Shown here in pieces: positions 9,037 to 19,462 of a DNA stretch of 64,000 nt. The stretch comes from Methanobacteriota archaeon (lineage in GTDB: Archaea > Thermoplasmatota > Poseidoniia > Poseidoniales > Thalassarchaeaceae), in assembly GCA_028355015.1 (NCBI GenBank), contig JAOMRN010000001.1:1229-65228 (forward strand), given 5' to 3'. The translations under genes were made by a program, and so were the position numbers. Each line of letters opens with the position of its first letter. Position 1 is the first letter of the stretch. The notes under the pieces were generated by a model that saw only the letters and a program-made list of their open reading frames with translations, did not search any database and was not told the DNA's origin.

Positions 9037-10293
9037 TTAATTCCAATCTGTAAATAATGGAAAAGAATTTCCCATTGTGAGGCATTCCATGCCATCCTCA
9101 GTTCTTACAAAAGTGTCTTCAGTTCCTATGCAACCATCTGGATATATTACTTTAGGTTCTATTGCCATCGTTCCGCCAATACATAATGGACGATTAAATC
9201 CATTTGCAATAACTGGAGTTTCATCTAATTCTAATCCCACTGAATGCCCTAAAAAATGAGATTTATCGGGATTCATTCCCATGAGATTATCTGAATAGCC
9301 CATTTCTTTTGCCATGAAACTTCCAATTTCCCACGCTTTAGAACAATTATCTCCTCGAGAAAGGCTTGAAACTACTGCTTTTTGGATTTCGGCCATATGG
9401 TCGAGTCTTTCCATCCATCTACTATCTAGAGCTCCTGCACTGAACATACGTGTACAATCAGAAACATACCCGCGATGTAGATGCACGATATCTACAGTAA
9501 CTGGAGAATTAGATTTGACTTTGGCGTGCCCTGATCCTAAAGGCGAGATTGGACTCGCTCCAACTCCTCCAATTGCAGAATCAAAATATGAGGGTATAGA
9601 TGCAGACTCACCAGCAACAATAACAACTCTGTCACAATCCATCGGCCATTTCCTCATCCTTATTCTTCCACCGAAGCCAGCCTTTCTACTAACATTATCA
9701 GCAACGGCAGCCATTTCTAACTCCGTTTTCCCCAATCCTCCTTTTTCTTTGATTGATTCGAACATTTCTTTGTTAATACGTCCACTCTCTCGAAGCATAT
9801 CGATCTCCCAATTTGACTTCATTTCTCTCAAGCCATACATTATTGATGTACAATCTTTTGATTCACCAACTAGTGATTTCATTTTACTGGATATGAATTT
9901 CCAGCGATCATGAGGTATTTTCCCTCCTAATATTGCAGGCTTTTGGACCCCGCCTATTTCACGAATAGAATTTGCTAAATCTGCCATTCTTGGTTGAGCA
10001 ATAACTGGGTCAGGACAATCATCTCCTCCAGATTCAAATTTAGCTCTTTCAAGTGACCTCTTCACCCAATGAGTCGTTTGAACATCAGAATCTTTCCCAC
10101 CTATTAGAATAATCCCGTTTTGCCTTCCACCTGTTAGCCAATATAATTCCACAGGATCGTCGATAAGAGCGGATTCAATCCCACTTTCAGATAGAGCGAC
10201 TGATAACCTTGCTCTACGATTTTCTAATTCTTGTACAGGGACTCTCCAATCGGCGCCTTCAGGGCCGACCAATCCTCTCATATCCCATGCCAT
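9037..10293 (-). CDS. M24-family metallopeptidase (Xaa-Pro aminopeptidase/creatinase-like)
   Basis: C-terminal pita-bread motifs HFLGHSVGLELDETPVI and GGTMAIEPKVIYPDGCIGTEDTFVRTEDG, with an N-terminal creatinase-like domain. Confidence 0.8.
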   Translation of the reverse strand: MAWDMRGLVGPEGADWRVPVQELENRRARLSVALSESGIESALIDDPVELYWLTGGRQNGIILIGGKDSDVQTTHWVKRSLERAKFESGGDDCPDPVIAQPRMADLANSIREIGGVQKPAILGGKIPHDRWKFISSKMKSLVGESKDCTSIMYGLREMKSNWEIDMLRESGRINKEMFESIKEKGGLGKTELEMAAVADNVSRKAGFGGRIRMRKWPMDCDRVVIVAGESASIPSYFDSAIGGVGASPISPLGSGHAKVKSNSPVTVDIVHLHRGYVSDCTRMFSAGALDSRWMERLDHMAEIQKAVVSSLSRGDNCSKAWEIGSFMAKEMGYSDNLMGMNPDKSHFLGHSVGLELDETPVIANGFNRPLCIGGTMAIEPKVIYPDGCIGTEDTFVRTEDGMECLTMGNSFPLFTDWN

Positions 10294-10380
10294 GCATTGT
10301 GCGTGGGAGTGTCAATCACAAAGGTATTGGTGAAGGTATGTAAGGACAATTCAACCATTACGGTCAAAGAGTCCTAGCCT

Positions 10381-11658
10381 GTGGGCATGAACGTGAGTGG
10401 CGTCCTTACGCTGGACGATGTCGGTCTTGGCGGCAAAGTAGTTCTATATCGTGTAGACGTAAATTCTCCACTAGAACCATCAACAGGTGCCTTCCTTGAC
10501 GATAGTAGATTAAGAGCTATTTTGCCTACCCTTAGATCATTACAAAATTCTAAGGTTGTTATGATTGGCCATCAATCAAGACCTGGTAAGAATGATTTCA
10601 CAGATATGTCGCAACATGCAGATCGGATATCTAGATTAATTGGTAAAAAAATTCATTTTGTATCAGATATTTGTGGAGATAAAGCAATTACTGCGATTAA
10701 AAAACTCAAGATAGGTGAGATGTTATTTTTAGATAATATTAGAATGCATGACGATGAGAATTCTATGAAGAAAGCGTCGCCGGAGAAAACAGCTACTTCT
10801 GAAATTGTACAAAAGTTAGCTCCTTTGATTGATGTTTACGTAACAGATGCTTTTGCTGCTGCGCATCGAAATTCTCCCTCACTTACCGGTTTTTCAGAAG
10901 TCGTTCCTTGTATCGCTGGAAGATTAATGGCTAAAGAAATAGATAATCTACAAATCGCAGTAAATGATCCTCCTCGGCCATATATTGCCATATTAGGTGG
11001 TACGAAGTGTGATGATTCATTACGTGTAGCTAAGAATTTAATCGATAAGGAGATAATTGACTCAATTCCTGTTGTCGGTGTTGTTGGTAATATGATGTTG
11101 TGGGCCAGTGGAATAGATATTGGTGAGGGAAATAAATCATTTATCCGAAATACATTAGGCGTTGCCTTCGAAGAAACATGGGAAATGGCCGTTTATCTTC
11201 ATGATAATCACTCAGAATATTTCCTCTTACCTGCTGACGTAGCTGTAGAATTAAATGGCGATAGAGTTGCTATGATGGTAGATGATTTACCTACGGGCAA
11301 TCCAATATACGATATAGGAATCCAAACATTACAAGAAATCAGCCCTCTATTGATTAATGCTGGGTGTATTCTCTGGAATGGGCCAGCATCTTACTTCGAA
11401 TTACCCGGATTTGCCTTTGGAACAATTGAGATTCTAAATATGTGTATCGAATCATCGGCTGTTACCATTGTAGGTGGAGGTCATACCAGTTCATTAGTTA
11501 GTAATAGGGGCGCAGTAGATCAAGTAACTCACAACAGTACTGGTGGAGGTGCCTGCCTTACTATGCTTTCAGGAGGGTTCATGCCGGTCATAGATTCCTT
11601 AAATCGTTCAAATACTAAATTCCGTCCAATTTTAGATGCTTTAGGTATTAAAAAATAG
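10381..11658 (+). CDS. pgk: Phosphoglycerate kinase (archaeal type)
   Basis: Motifs GHQSRPG, FLDNIRMHDDE, TDAFAAAHR and NSTGGGA. The listed start is GTG. Confidence 0.9.
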   Translation: MGMNVSGVLTLDDVGLGGKVVLYRVDVNSPLEPSTGAFLDDSRLRAILPTLRSLQNSKVVMIGHQSRPGKNDFTDMSQHADRISRLIGKKIHFVSDICGDKAITAIKKLKIGEMLFLDNIRMHDDENSMKKASPEKTATSEIVQKLAPLIDVYVTDAFAAAHRNSPSLTGFSEVVPCIAGRLMAKEIDNLQIAVNDPPRPYIAILGGTKCDDSLRVAKNLIDKEIIDSIPVVGVVGNMMLWASGIDIGEGNKSFIRNTLGVAFEETWEMAVYLHDNHSEYFLLPADVAVELNGDRVAMMVDDLPTGNPIYDIGIQTLQEISPLLINAGCILWNGPASYFELPGFAFGTIEILNMCIESSAVTIVGGGHTSSLVSNRGAVDQVTHNSTGGGACLTMLSGGFMPVIDSLNRSNTKFRPILDALGIKK

Positions 11659-11706
11659 ATCTAATCCGTCCCAACTTCTAAGTGCATTAACTTATCAGCC
11701 TAAAAC

Positions 11707-12231
11707 ATGAATGGCGAAGGAGAAGATGTATTTTCAGGTGAGGTAGGGACACAGCCACAAATGGTTAATGTCCAAACACCAGGTACAATGATGATGGTTG
11801 AAAGAAGCCCAGCGGCTCAAGTAATAGGGGTCTTAGTTATCCTTTGGAGCCTTCTGCAAATTGGAATGAATCTTCTAGGTCTCGTGGCTCTATCTTTCTT
11901 ATCTGATCTTGACGAACCAGGGCTAGAAGAATTACCAATAACGCTTTTTGCTGTCGGAGCAATATTTGCATTAATACCTGCTGTAATAGGAATTATAGGC
12001 GGCTATCAGATGTTTAAATTCCAGAAAAAGGGTTTATGGCTTGTACTCACTTCTCTCGTAGTAGGCTGGATTATCAGCATGGTTAATGGTGCGTTAACAT
12101 CTGGTTATGGTGGCACGGGAGATCCCGGATTAGATGCGGCTTTCAATGGAGTTTGTGGATTAGGATGCGTAGCTGTTTGTGGGCTAATTGTTTGCATACC
12201 GCTATTGTTTGCACATCATGGATTGGAATGA
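11707..12231 (+). CDS. Hypothetical multi-pass membrane protein
   Basis: 174 aa with about four hydrophobic helices; no recognised motif. Confidence 0.6.
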   Translation: MNGEGEDVFSGEVGTQPQMVNVQTPGTMMMVERSPAAQVIGVLVILWSLLQIGMNLLGLVALSFLSDLDEPGLEELPITLFAVGAIFALIPAVIGIIGGYQMFKFQKKGLWLVLTSLVVGWIISMVNGALTSGYGGTGDPGLDAAFNGVCGLGCVAVCGLIVCIPLLFAHHGLE

Positions 12232-12249
12232 AAAACTAATGGTCATCAA

Positions 12250-12609
12250 ATGTCAAGTTTAATTTTTGATACTTTTAAGATTCTCTTGACAGCGTTGGTA
12301 ATTCTTGCAGTAGCCCAGTTAAGTCAGAGAGATACCTTACTTGCAGCGGTACTTGCATCTATACCATTAGTTAGTGTTCTTGCGATGATGTGGATGAATC
12401 AAGACGGTGCTACTAGTGAAGAAATAATTATGTTCTCAAGAGATATTGTTTGGTTGGTTCTTCCATCATTATTATTATTTATTGTGATGCCAGAATTAAT
12501 TGAACGCGGATGGAATTTTTATCCAGCACTTGGTGGTGGACTATGTGCTACAGTAATTGGATATTTTTTAATGATTGAACTAATGAAGAGATTTCAATCA
12601 ATAAGCTAA
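12250..12609 (+). CDS. Small membrane protein (DUF3147-like)
   Basis: 119 aa, four predicted helices. LAAVLASIPLVSVLAMMWM resembles the conserved DUF3147 block. Tentative. Confidence 0.45.
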   Translation: MSSLIFDTFKILLTALVILAVAQLSQRDTLLAAVLASIPLVSVLAMMWMNQDGATSEEIIMFSRDIVWLVLPSLLLFIVMPELIERGWNFYPALGGGLCATVIGYFLMIELMKRFQSIS

Positions 12610-13994
12610 GATTCATGAAATTTCTTTAAGTTAATTACAGATCCTAATCTATGTTCAACATCTTCTTTAATTTCTTTAAGACCTTCTTCACTAGTAGCCT
12701 CTGCTCTCATTACGAGTATAGGTTCAGTATTGCTTGGTCGACAAAGATACCACCCTTCAGGATACCTAACTCTTACACCATCTACAGTAGATTTTTGTAA
12801 ATCTGCGAAGGCATTAGAAACTATTTCCATTGTTTCTTCTCTATCTTTAGTAAGTGGAACTTTAGCCTCTCCTGTTGATGCATAATTTGGTAGATCTGTA
12901 AACCAATCTGAGAATAATGGTCCACCTTCTTCAGGCGATTTTTCTCTACCTATTATTTCGAGTAGCCTAGCCGTATTGTATAATGAATCATCAAATCCTG
13001 GCCACCTATCATTAAGGAAGAAGTGACCTGACATTTCTCCAGCCAAAGGTGAATCTGGATTGTTTCTTAATTCTCTTTTCATAAACGAATGCCCTGTTCT
13101 AACCATAACTGGTATCCCTCCGGCAGATCTTATCGCATCTTCTAGCGCCATACTACATTTCACATCAAAGAAAACGGTTCTTTCTAAATCAGTTCCTCCT
13201 TTTCTTTCTCCGAGTATATCTTTCGCAAAAATTGTCATCAATCTATCTGGATGAATAAACCTCCCTTTTTCATCAACTGCTCCAATTCTATCTCCGTCTC
13301 CATCCATTCCGATACCAAATTCTGCATTATTTTCAATAACTGCTTTTGATAAATCTTCCATATTTTTAGGTCTTGTAGGATCTGGTGGATGATTTGGAAA
13401 TTTATTGTCCCATTCACAGTGTACGGGAATTAAATCAACTCCTAATTTTTCCATTAATTTAATTGTTAATGGCCCTGGAACTGCATTGCCACAATCTATC
13501 ACGATTCTTATTTTACGTTGAGGTATTCCAGCATTTTCAGTAACTATTTTCAAATAATCTTTCTCAAATTCAGGAAGTTTTTTGATTACTCCTTTTCCTT
13601 TTTTGAAGTTATTTTCATCAAAAGTTATTTTCAATTCTTGTAATTCTTGACCAGCCATTGGTAGAGACTTTTTACATATCTTAAATCCATTATATTCTGG
13701 AGGATTATGACTTGCTGTGATTACTACTGAAGCATCTACTGGCAGATCGACTGTTGCTCTATAGAGCACTCCTGTTGTAGTAATTCCTAGATCTAAAACA
13801 TCTGCTCCTGAGTCTGTTAATCCTTTCAAGAATGCTTGATGTAATTCTGGCCCTGATTCTCTTATGTCGGATGCTACTGCTACTGTTTTTGCATCAAGGT
13901 GTGTTACAAGAGCTTTACCTAATCTTTCAGCGAATTTAGCATCTAACTCAGAATATGCTAATCCACGAATGTCATAAGCTTTGAAAACACTCAT
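12606..13994 (-). CDS. Phosphomannomutase/phosphoglucomutase (alpha-D-phosphohexomutase family)
   Basis: Active-site loop TASHNPPEYNGFK, Mg-binding GMDGDGDRIG and sugar-binding GEMSGHFF. Confidence 0.9.
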   Translation of the reverse strand: MSVFKAYDIRGLAYSELDAKFAERLGKALVTHLDAKTVAVASDIRESGPELHQAFLKGLTDSGADVLDLGITTTGVLYRATVDLPVDASVVITASHNPPEYNGFKICKKSLPMAGQELQELKITFDENNFKKGKGVIKKLPEFEKDYLKIVTENAGIPQRKIRIVIDCGNAVPGPLTIKLMEKLGVDLIPVHCEWDNKFPNHPPDPTRPKNMEDLSKAVIENNAEFGIGMDGDGDRIGAVDEKGRFIHPDRLMTIFAKDILGERKGGTDLERTVFFDVKCSMALEDAIRSAGGIPVMVRTGHSFMKRELRNNPDSPLAGEMSGHFFLNDRWPGFDDSLYNTARLLEIIGREKSPEEGGPLFSDWFTDLPNYASTGEAKVPLTKDREETMEIVSNAFADLQKSTVDGVRVRYPEGWYLCRPSNTEPILVMRAEATSEEGLKEIKEDVEHRLGSVINLKKFHES

Positions 13995-14009
13995 ATTAAC
14001 TCACCTATT

Positions 14010-14387
14010 TTATTCAGTTCCTGAACCTCTGAATGCTTCACAAATAATCTCAATCAATGCATTGCCTGGAAGTTTACTAACTTCATAAGCCGCTCTTGCA
14101 GGTGGCATTGATTCCCCTAGCCACTTACCATATACTTCGTTAACATCCGAATAATAATCAATATTTGTTAATAGGATAGTTACCATGACGAGGTCATCTC
14201 TAGAACTATTGGCAATTTCTAATAAATTATCAATTTTTTTAAGAGCTTCTTGAGTTTGAGACACAACATCATCTCCTCCTTCTATTCCTATTTGCCCCGC
14301 AAGCCAAATATGATCTTTGACTGTTATTCCTGGGCTATATGGTGCCCAAACTTTCCCTCCATTGTCAATCTTTAACTTACGTGCCAT
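14010..14387 (-). CDS. ridA: RidA/YjgF/UK114 family reactive-intermediate deaminase
   Basis: 125 aa. C-terminal PARAAYEVSKLPGNALIEIICEA is typical of the family. Confidence 0.8.
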   Translation of the reverse strand: MARKLKIDNGGKVWAPYSPGITVKDHIWLAGQIGIEGGDDVVSQTQEALKKIDNLLEIANSSRDDLVMVTILLTNIDYYSDVNEVYGKWLGESMPPARAAYEVSKLPGNALIEIICEAFRGSGTE

Positions 14388-14417
14388 AACACTCGCAGTA
14401 TGTTGTTGCTGATATGT

Positions 14418-14870
14418 TTATTCACGAAGTATATCAATGACTTTAGAGTGGTCACCGGCTACATTTTGCTCTGTTAATTTATTGATATTTACCCATTTAG
14501 CATCCACAGCATCATCTCCCCCAACAGGTTCTGAATCGGAATCAACTTCAACTAAATAGAATAATCCGATACAATGTTTTCTCGGGTCTCTCCCAGGTTT
14601 CCCTAGTATAGTAAGAGGTAATGGGAATCTTCCCTGAACTCCAGTTTCTTCTAGTAACTCTCTTATCACTGCATCTTCGGGATTTTCTCCATAATCTACG
14701 AATCCTCCAGGGAATGCCCACATTCCATTCCATTCCGGAGGTTTTGAACCTCTCTTTATCATTAATAATTCTAGATCTTCATTTCTATTCCTAGTCGCAA
14801 TAGCATCAACTGTTACGGAAGGACTTTGATAGTCATCTCTACCGCATTTTGAACATCTTTCAACTGCCAT
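14418..14870 (-). CDS. NUDIX hydrolase with N-terminal zinc-ribbon-like CxxC
   Basis: Nudix box GGFVDYGENPEDAVIRELLEETG; N-terminal CSKCG. Confidence 0.85.
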   Translation of the reverse strand: MAVERCSKCGRDDYQSPSVTVDAIATRNRNEDLELLMIKRGSKPPEWNGMWAFPGGFVDYGENPEDAVIRELLEETGVQGRFPLPLTILGKPGRDPRKHCIGLFYLVEVDSDSEPVGGDDAVDAKWVNINKLTEQNVAGDHSKVIDILRE

Positions 14871-15741
14871 ATCTTCTCTTCCTCCTTTGATAAGATTCTA
14901 TTGCTTCATACAAATCTTGTTTGCCAAAAGAAGGCCAGTGGACATCAGTAAAATGTAATTCTGAATATGCGATTTGCCATAACAAGAAATTTGAAATTCT
15001 TTCTTCACCACTAGTTCTAATGACTAAGTCTGGGTCGGGTAAATTTGCTGTGTAAAGTTTACTAGAAATCTTATTAGTGTCGATTTCTTCTAATTTTATT
15101 TCACCCTTTGAATATTCATCTGCAACCTTACGAACAGCATCTACAATCTCTTCCCTGCCTCCATATGCAAGACATACAGTAAACAAGAAATTTGAGTATT
15201 TAGCAGTTTTTTCTTCTATGTTTGATATGGCATTTCTTACATCATCAGGTAGCATTTCTAGCCTACCCACAACTTGAACTTTGACTTTCATATTATGAAT
15301 TTTTGGATCTTCAGCCATTTCATTTAAGCCATTACAATAGAGTGCATACAGAGATTCCAACTCCTCAGGACTTCGTTCTTTGATATTCTCTGTAGAAAGG
15401 GCATATACAGAAAGATATGGAATTTCTAGATCTAGCACCCAATCCATAACCTGCTCTAGTTTTTCCTTACCTTTTTTATGTCCAATACTCGTTTCAATTT
15501 GCCTATTCCATGCAAACCTTCTGTTTCCATCCATTATGATTGAAACATGTTTAGGCATTTCATAATTTAAGATACGATCTTTCAATCTATTAGTTCGTAT
15601 TCTATCTGTTCTTGATACGAAACTCCAAGCAAAACTCGAGCTTGCAAAAATTTTAGCAGGGATAGAAATTATTCTAAACTTAAGAAGCCATTTTGCTACA
15701 GAGTCAATACGGCGACCAGCCTCTCTGCGCGCTCGACCCAT
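14860..15741 (-). CDS. uppS: cis-Prenyltransferase (undecaprenyl-diphosphate synthase family)
   Basis: Motifs HVSIIMDGNRRFA and RTSGEERISNFLLWQIAYSELHF. It has an N-terminal hydrophobic extension, so the exact start is uncertain. Confidence 0.85.
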   Translation of the reverse strand: MGRARREAGRRIDSVAKWLLKFRIISIPAKIFASSSFAWSFVSRTDRIRTNRLKDRILNYEMPKHVSIIMDGNRRFAWNRQIETSIGHKKGKEKLEQVMDWVLDLEIPYLSVYALSTENIKERSPEELESLYALYCNGLNEMAEDPKIHNMKVKVQVVGRLEMLPDDVRNAISNIEEKTAKYSNFLFTVCLAYGGREEIVDAVRKVADEYSKGEIKLEEIDTNKISSKLYTANLPDPDLVIRTSGEERISNFLLWQIAYSELHFTDVHWPSFGKQDLYEAIESYQRRKRRYGS

Positions 15742-15789
15742 GTTCGAGGGAATATCTCCTGTGTCTAAAGTAGTTGGATAGAAGATTCC

Positions 15790-16332
15790 TTATTCAAATA
15801 CAATATGAGCATCATTATTCACTTTGTTAAGTAGATTTTTTTCAGGATTAACTACAATAATTTGCCCTGAATGTTCCCATACTGGTAAATCATGATGGCT
15901 ATTTCCTGCATAACCAAATTTCATATCCCCATATCTTGCTATTAGCGCTTCGGCTTTTTTCTTTCCACGGAGATTATATTTAGAATCAGATGCCATCACA
16001 TCTGAAAATAATCCGACATGTGCCGCAACTTGTTCGGCAATGATTCTATCAGAAGCAGTAGCAAGAATCAGAGTTCTTCCTCGAGCATGTTCACCAGTTA
16101 ACCAATCTAGAAATACAGCATGATATTCAAGCTCTGCGGGATCAAATACAAGTTTTTCTGCTAAATCTCTCTTCCATTGTGCTCTCTTATTTCTGAACTC
16201 TTTGGAAAGCATACTAACTATCATCCATGGTCTTCTCAGTAGAACTCTTCTGATACTGATATAACTCATGTCAGTTAGAATTAGCGTACCATCCATATCG
16301 ACTGCAAGGGGGATGTCCGATACCTCGTCCAT
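15790..16332 (-). CDS. HAD-superfamily hydrolase (subfamily IB-like)
   Basis: Motif I AVDMDGTLILTD, motif II ILATAS and a C-terminal GNSHHDLPVW Asp motif. Confidence 0.7.
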   Translation of the reverse strand: MDEVSDIPLAVDMDGTLILTDMSYISIRRVLLRRPWMIVSMLSKEFRNKRAQWKRDLAEKLVFDPAELEYHAVFLDWLTGEHARGRTLILATASDRIIAEQVAAHVGLFSDVMASDSKYNLRGKKKAEALIARYGDMKFGYAGNSHHDLPVWEHSGQIIVVNPEKNLLNKVNNDAHIVFE

Positions 16333-16419
16333 GTTCTTGCCTAAACCAACACCATATCAAAGATTCCCTGACCGATTGCATCAAGTTCACTACTGCTTCG
16401 TAGATATGGGTGAGCATGT

Positions 16420-17676
16420 ATGTCGGAGGTTGAGAATAGTTGGAAACCTGCTGCTATGTCTCGAATTGAATCAGCTGATGAAGCACCAAAAGGGTTCAAA
16501 TGGCTTATTTTTGCAGGTATTGGTTTGAAATCAAAAATGCTCGAACCAATCGATGAGAATAATTGGAATAATACAATTTCAGATTTGAAATCTTGGGGCG
16601 AAGTCCCATCGGAAAATGTAATTGTTGAAGAAGTATTTAATACAGAAAGAGGCATTAATTTAAAATTAAATGATAGTGGAAAATACTGGCTAGCTGAATT
16701 TTTCCCATGGGGTACTGATGGAAGGTTTCGTGCTAGGATTAGCCTTGCACCATCAGGAAGTGACATTCCTATGGGTGGTTATTATTGGAATGATATGGAT
16801 ATTATTTCTGTAAGAAAGTGGAAAGAAGAGGTTAGAGATGTCAATTCTAAACTTTATGATTCTATTCATTCTAACGATTTAGAAACATCTAAGAAAATTA
16901 TTTTTGAATCTGCTGCAGCACTAGGCAGATATCACGGTGCTGTCGAAAATGCGAGAGTTACCCCCAGGGATGCTAAGAGGTGGAATAAGAGACTTGAAAA
17001 AATTGAAGCGAGATTACGTGCCAATACCATTTGGCGTGCTCCTCATACAAAACATACAGATTGTATAATTACAATTGGCGACATTAGATTTTCAGATATG
17101 ATTGATGATGATTCGGGGAGATATAATATTCATTTTTCTAGACCGCGTTTAGCTGATAGTATAATTCCGCCTGAATGTGAATTTCCAGCTGTCCGAGATT
17201 TTTCTTCACTTCTTCATGACCTAAATAGAATATATTTTCTATGTGACTCCGAAGTTAAGATTTCAGAACTTCGTTCTACATTAATTGAAGGCTGGCAATC
17301 AACAGCCCCAGCAAAATGGTCCTCCAAAGAGATATTTTACACCCCTCGCGGAGGAGCATTTTTTTGGGAATATGAACAGTGTTTACTAGACGTAATAGAA
17401 TCGGTGTCTCATCAATCTGGAAAGCCCGAACCAGCGGTATCAATAATCCAAGATGTACCTTATTTACAAAAATCAATGTTCAGTCACAGAACAATAGCTG
17501 CTTTGTCTTTTATGACTGGTTTCTTCTCCGCTAGTGGATTTTATCAGTACGGAGTAGGAAATTCTGATGATTTAATACTTCCATTGTTACTAGTACCAAT
17601 TACAGCAGGTATATTCTTTTCATACCGGAAACTAGCCCCTTCTCCTGAAACATCAATTCTGAGAAAATGGGAATAA
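16420..17676 (+). CDS. Hypothetical protein, possibly kinase-like fold, C-terminal membrane anchor
   Basis: 418 aa. The central region (ALGRYHG ... IITIGDIRFSDMIDDD ... FPAVRDFSSLLHDL) loosely resembles aminoglycoside/choline-kinase-like phosphotransferases. Two C-terminal hydrophobic helices. Weak call. Confidence 0.5.
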   Translation: MSEVENSWKPAAMSRIESADEAPKGFKWLIFAGIGLKSKMLEPIDENNWNNTISDLKSWGEVPSENVIVEEVFNTERGINLKLNDSGKYWLAEFFPWGTDGRFRARISLAPSGSDIPMGGYYWNDMDIISVRKWKEEVRDVNSKLYDSIHSNDLETSKKIIFESAAALGRYHGAVENARVTPRDAKRWNKRLEKIEARLRANTIWRAPHTKHTDCIITIGDIRFSDMIDDDSGRYNIHFSRPRLADSIIPPECEFPAVRDFSSLLHDLNRIYFLCDSEVKISELRSTLIEGWQSTAPAKWSSKEIFYTPRGGAFFWEYEQCLLDVIESVSHQSGKPEPAVSIIQDVPYLQKSMFSHRTIAALSFMTGFFSASGFYQYGVGNSDDLILPLLLVPITAGIFFSYRKLAPSPETSILRKWE

Positions 17677-18276
17677 TTACTCGAGTTTTGTGAAAATATT
17701 ATCCTTATATTCATATGTTCTTGGAACACCAGTCTGAATTTCTAATTTGACAATATCTTCTTTTGATATATTTTCTATGTGCATTACAATTGATCGTAAA
17801 GAATTACCATGTGCTGAAATAAGAACATTTTTTCCTTCATTTAGATGTTTTAGTACATCTTCTTTGAAGTACGGGAGGGTTCTCTCTGCAGTCATTTTCA
17901 AACTTTCACCATCTGGGGGTGCGATATCAAATGAACGCCTCCAAATGTGCACTTGTTTGGGGCCATATTTTTCAGCAGTTTCAGTTTTATTGAGGCCTTG
18001 TAATGATCCATAGTGCCTTTCATTGAGTCTTTCATCTTTGTAAGTTGGAATATTTTCTGATATTTTATTATTTTTTATGATGATTTCAGCCGTTCTTTGA
18101 GCCCTCATAAGGGCACTCGTATGAACAACATCAAATGATACATTTTCTAATTTCTCACCTGCTGCTTTTGCCTCCTTTTCACCTTTTTTAGAGAGGTCAA
18201 TATCAGTCCATCCGGTAAATCTATTCTCTGCATTCCAGAGTGACTGACCATGCCTGATGAGAACAAGAATTGCCAA
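17677..18276 (-). CDS. gpmA: 2,3-bisphosphoglycerate-dependent phosphoglycerate mutase
   Basis: N-terminal LIRHGQSLWNAENRFTGWTD and ISAHGNSLR histidine-phosphatase motifs. Confidence 0.9.
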   Translation of the reverse strand: MAILVLIRHGQSLWNAENRFTGWTDIDLSKKGEKEAKAAGEKLENVSFDVVHTSALMRAQRTAEIIIKNNKISENIPTYKDERLNERHYGSLQGLNKTETAEKYGPKQVHIWRRSFDIAPPDGESLKMTAERTLPYFKEDVLKHLNEGKNVLISAHGNSLRSIVMHIENISKEDIVKLEIQTGVPRTYEYKDNIFTKLE

Positions 18277-18285
18277 ATTTTCACC

Positions 18286-19362
18286 TCACTTATTACTTCT
18301 TAAACGTGGTTCAAAGAAAATTAATTCTAGTTTTTCAGCCGTCTCTCTAGCCATCATTAGGATATCTTCATTCAACTCTCTTTGCGTAGATGCTGATGAT
18401 ACACAATAAAAATTACCTGCTACTACAACCATTGCAGTTCCAAATGTTTGTACACGAACCCATGAATCTTCTTCTTTTATTGATCTCGCATCATCATTTA
18501 CTTTCTTTAGTAGGATATCACAGAATTCTTTTAGAACCGCTGGGCTACTATCTTCTTCTAACTCAAATTTAGGAGTAATTCTTCTAAATCTTCTTTTACT
18601 GAAATTTTCTACAGGAGAATTGACCATATTTGAATTAGGAACAGTAATCATTGTGTCTGCGGAAGTTCTGATTAAAGTAGTTCTAAGTCCAATATTTACT
18701 ACTTCTCCCTCAACTCCATCGACTATTATCCAGTCACCTACATTGAACGGTTGATCGATTAATATTGAAACCGCTCCGAAGATATTTGAAACAGAATCTT
18801 TTGCTGCTAATGCGAGTGCTAAACCAGTAATTCCTAAACCTGCAATTAGTCCATTCAAATCTACTCCTGCAACTCCTGCAAGAACGAATGCTCCAATTAC
18901 TACTACTGCAACTCTTCCAACAGATTCGGCTACACTTGCTAACGAGCGTCTTGAAGCAATATTGTCGTCACCTTCTACTACGATAAAAGCGTCTAGATAG
19001 TCTACTAATCTGTAAGCAGCAATTAACATCATTATGATGAATGCAGTAAATACAACATCATTCACTTGATTTACGAAACTTCCATCCCATATTGGAGTGA
19101 AATTTGAATCTAAATATCCTATCGATTGAACAAAAACTAAAGTTCCAATCATCCACCCCAATGATCTTGGTGCAAACAACGTTTTTCCATCAATCCTTTC
19201 TGTTTTAGAAAACATATCCATTAGTCTAGGGAAAACAAATCTCCTTGACAATACTCCTGAAACAATTGAGAGGCCGATTATTGCAAAGAAAATAATCATA
19301 GTTCCTTGCGAAAAACCTTGTAAAATAGTATCTCCTTGCATGAAGTCATCTAGTTGGTTCAT
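18286..19362 (-). CDS. Small-conductance mechanosensitive channel (MscS family)
   Basis: Pore and beta-domain block NIFGAVSILIDQPFNVGDWIIVDGVEGEVVNIGLRTTLIRTSADTMITVPNS, preceded by about four TM helices. Confidence 0.85.
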   Translation of the reverse strand: MNQLDDFMQGDTILQGFSQGTMIIFFAIIGLSIVSGVLSRRFVFPRLMDMFSKTERIDGKTLFAPRSLGWMIGTLVFVQSIGYLDSNFTPIWDGSFVNQVNDVVFTAFIIMMLIAAYRLVDYLDAFIVVEGDDNIASRRSLASVAESVGRVAVVVIGAFVLAGVAGVDLNGLIAGLGITGLALALAAKDSVSNIFGAVSILIDQPFNVGDWIIVDGVEGEVVNIGLRTTLIRTSADTMITVPNSNMVNSPVENFSKRRFRRITPKFELEEDSSPAVLKEFCDILLKKVNDDARSIKEEDSWVRVQTFGTAMVVVAGNFYCVSSASTQRELNEDILMMARETAEKLELIFFEPRLRSNK

Positions 19363-19462
19363 GTCTGTCCGCCCTAACTGGCACTTATCAAACCCTCTCC
19401 GGTACTACGTACCGCAAATGCGAGGCTTTCAAGACCCAAACACTTCTCGAGGGTATGATAAC

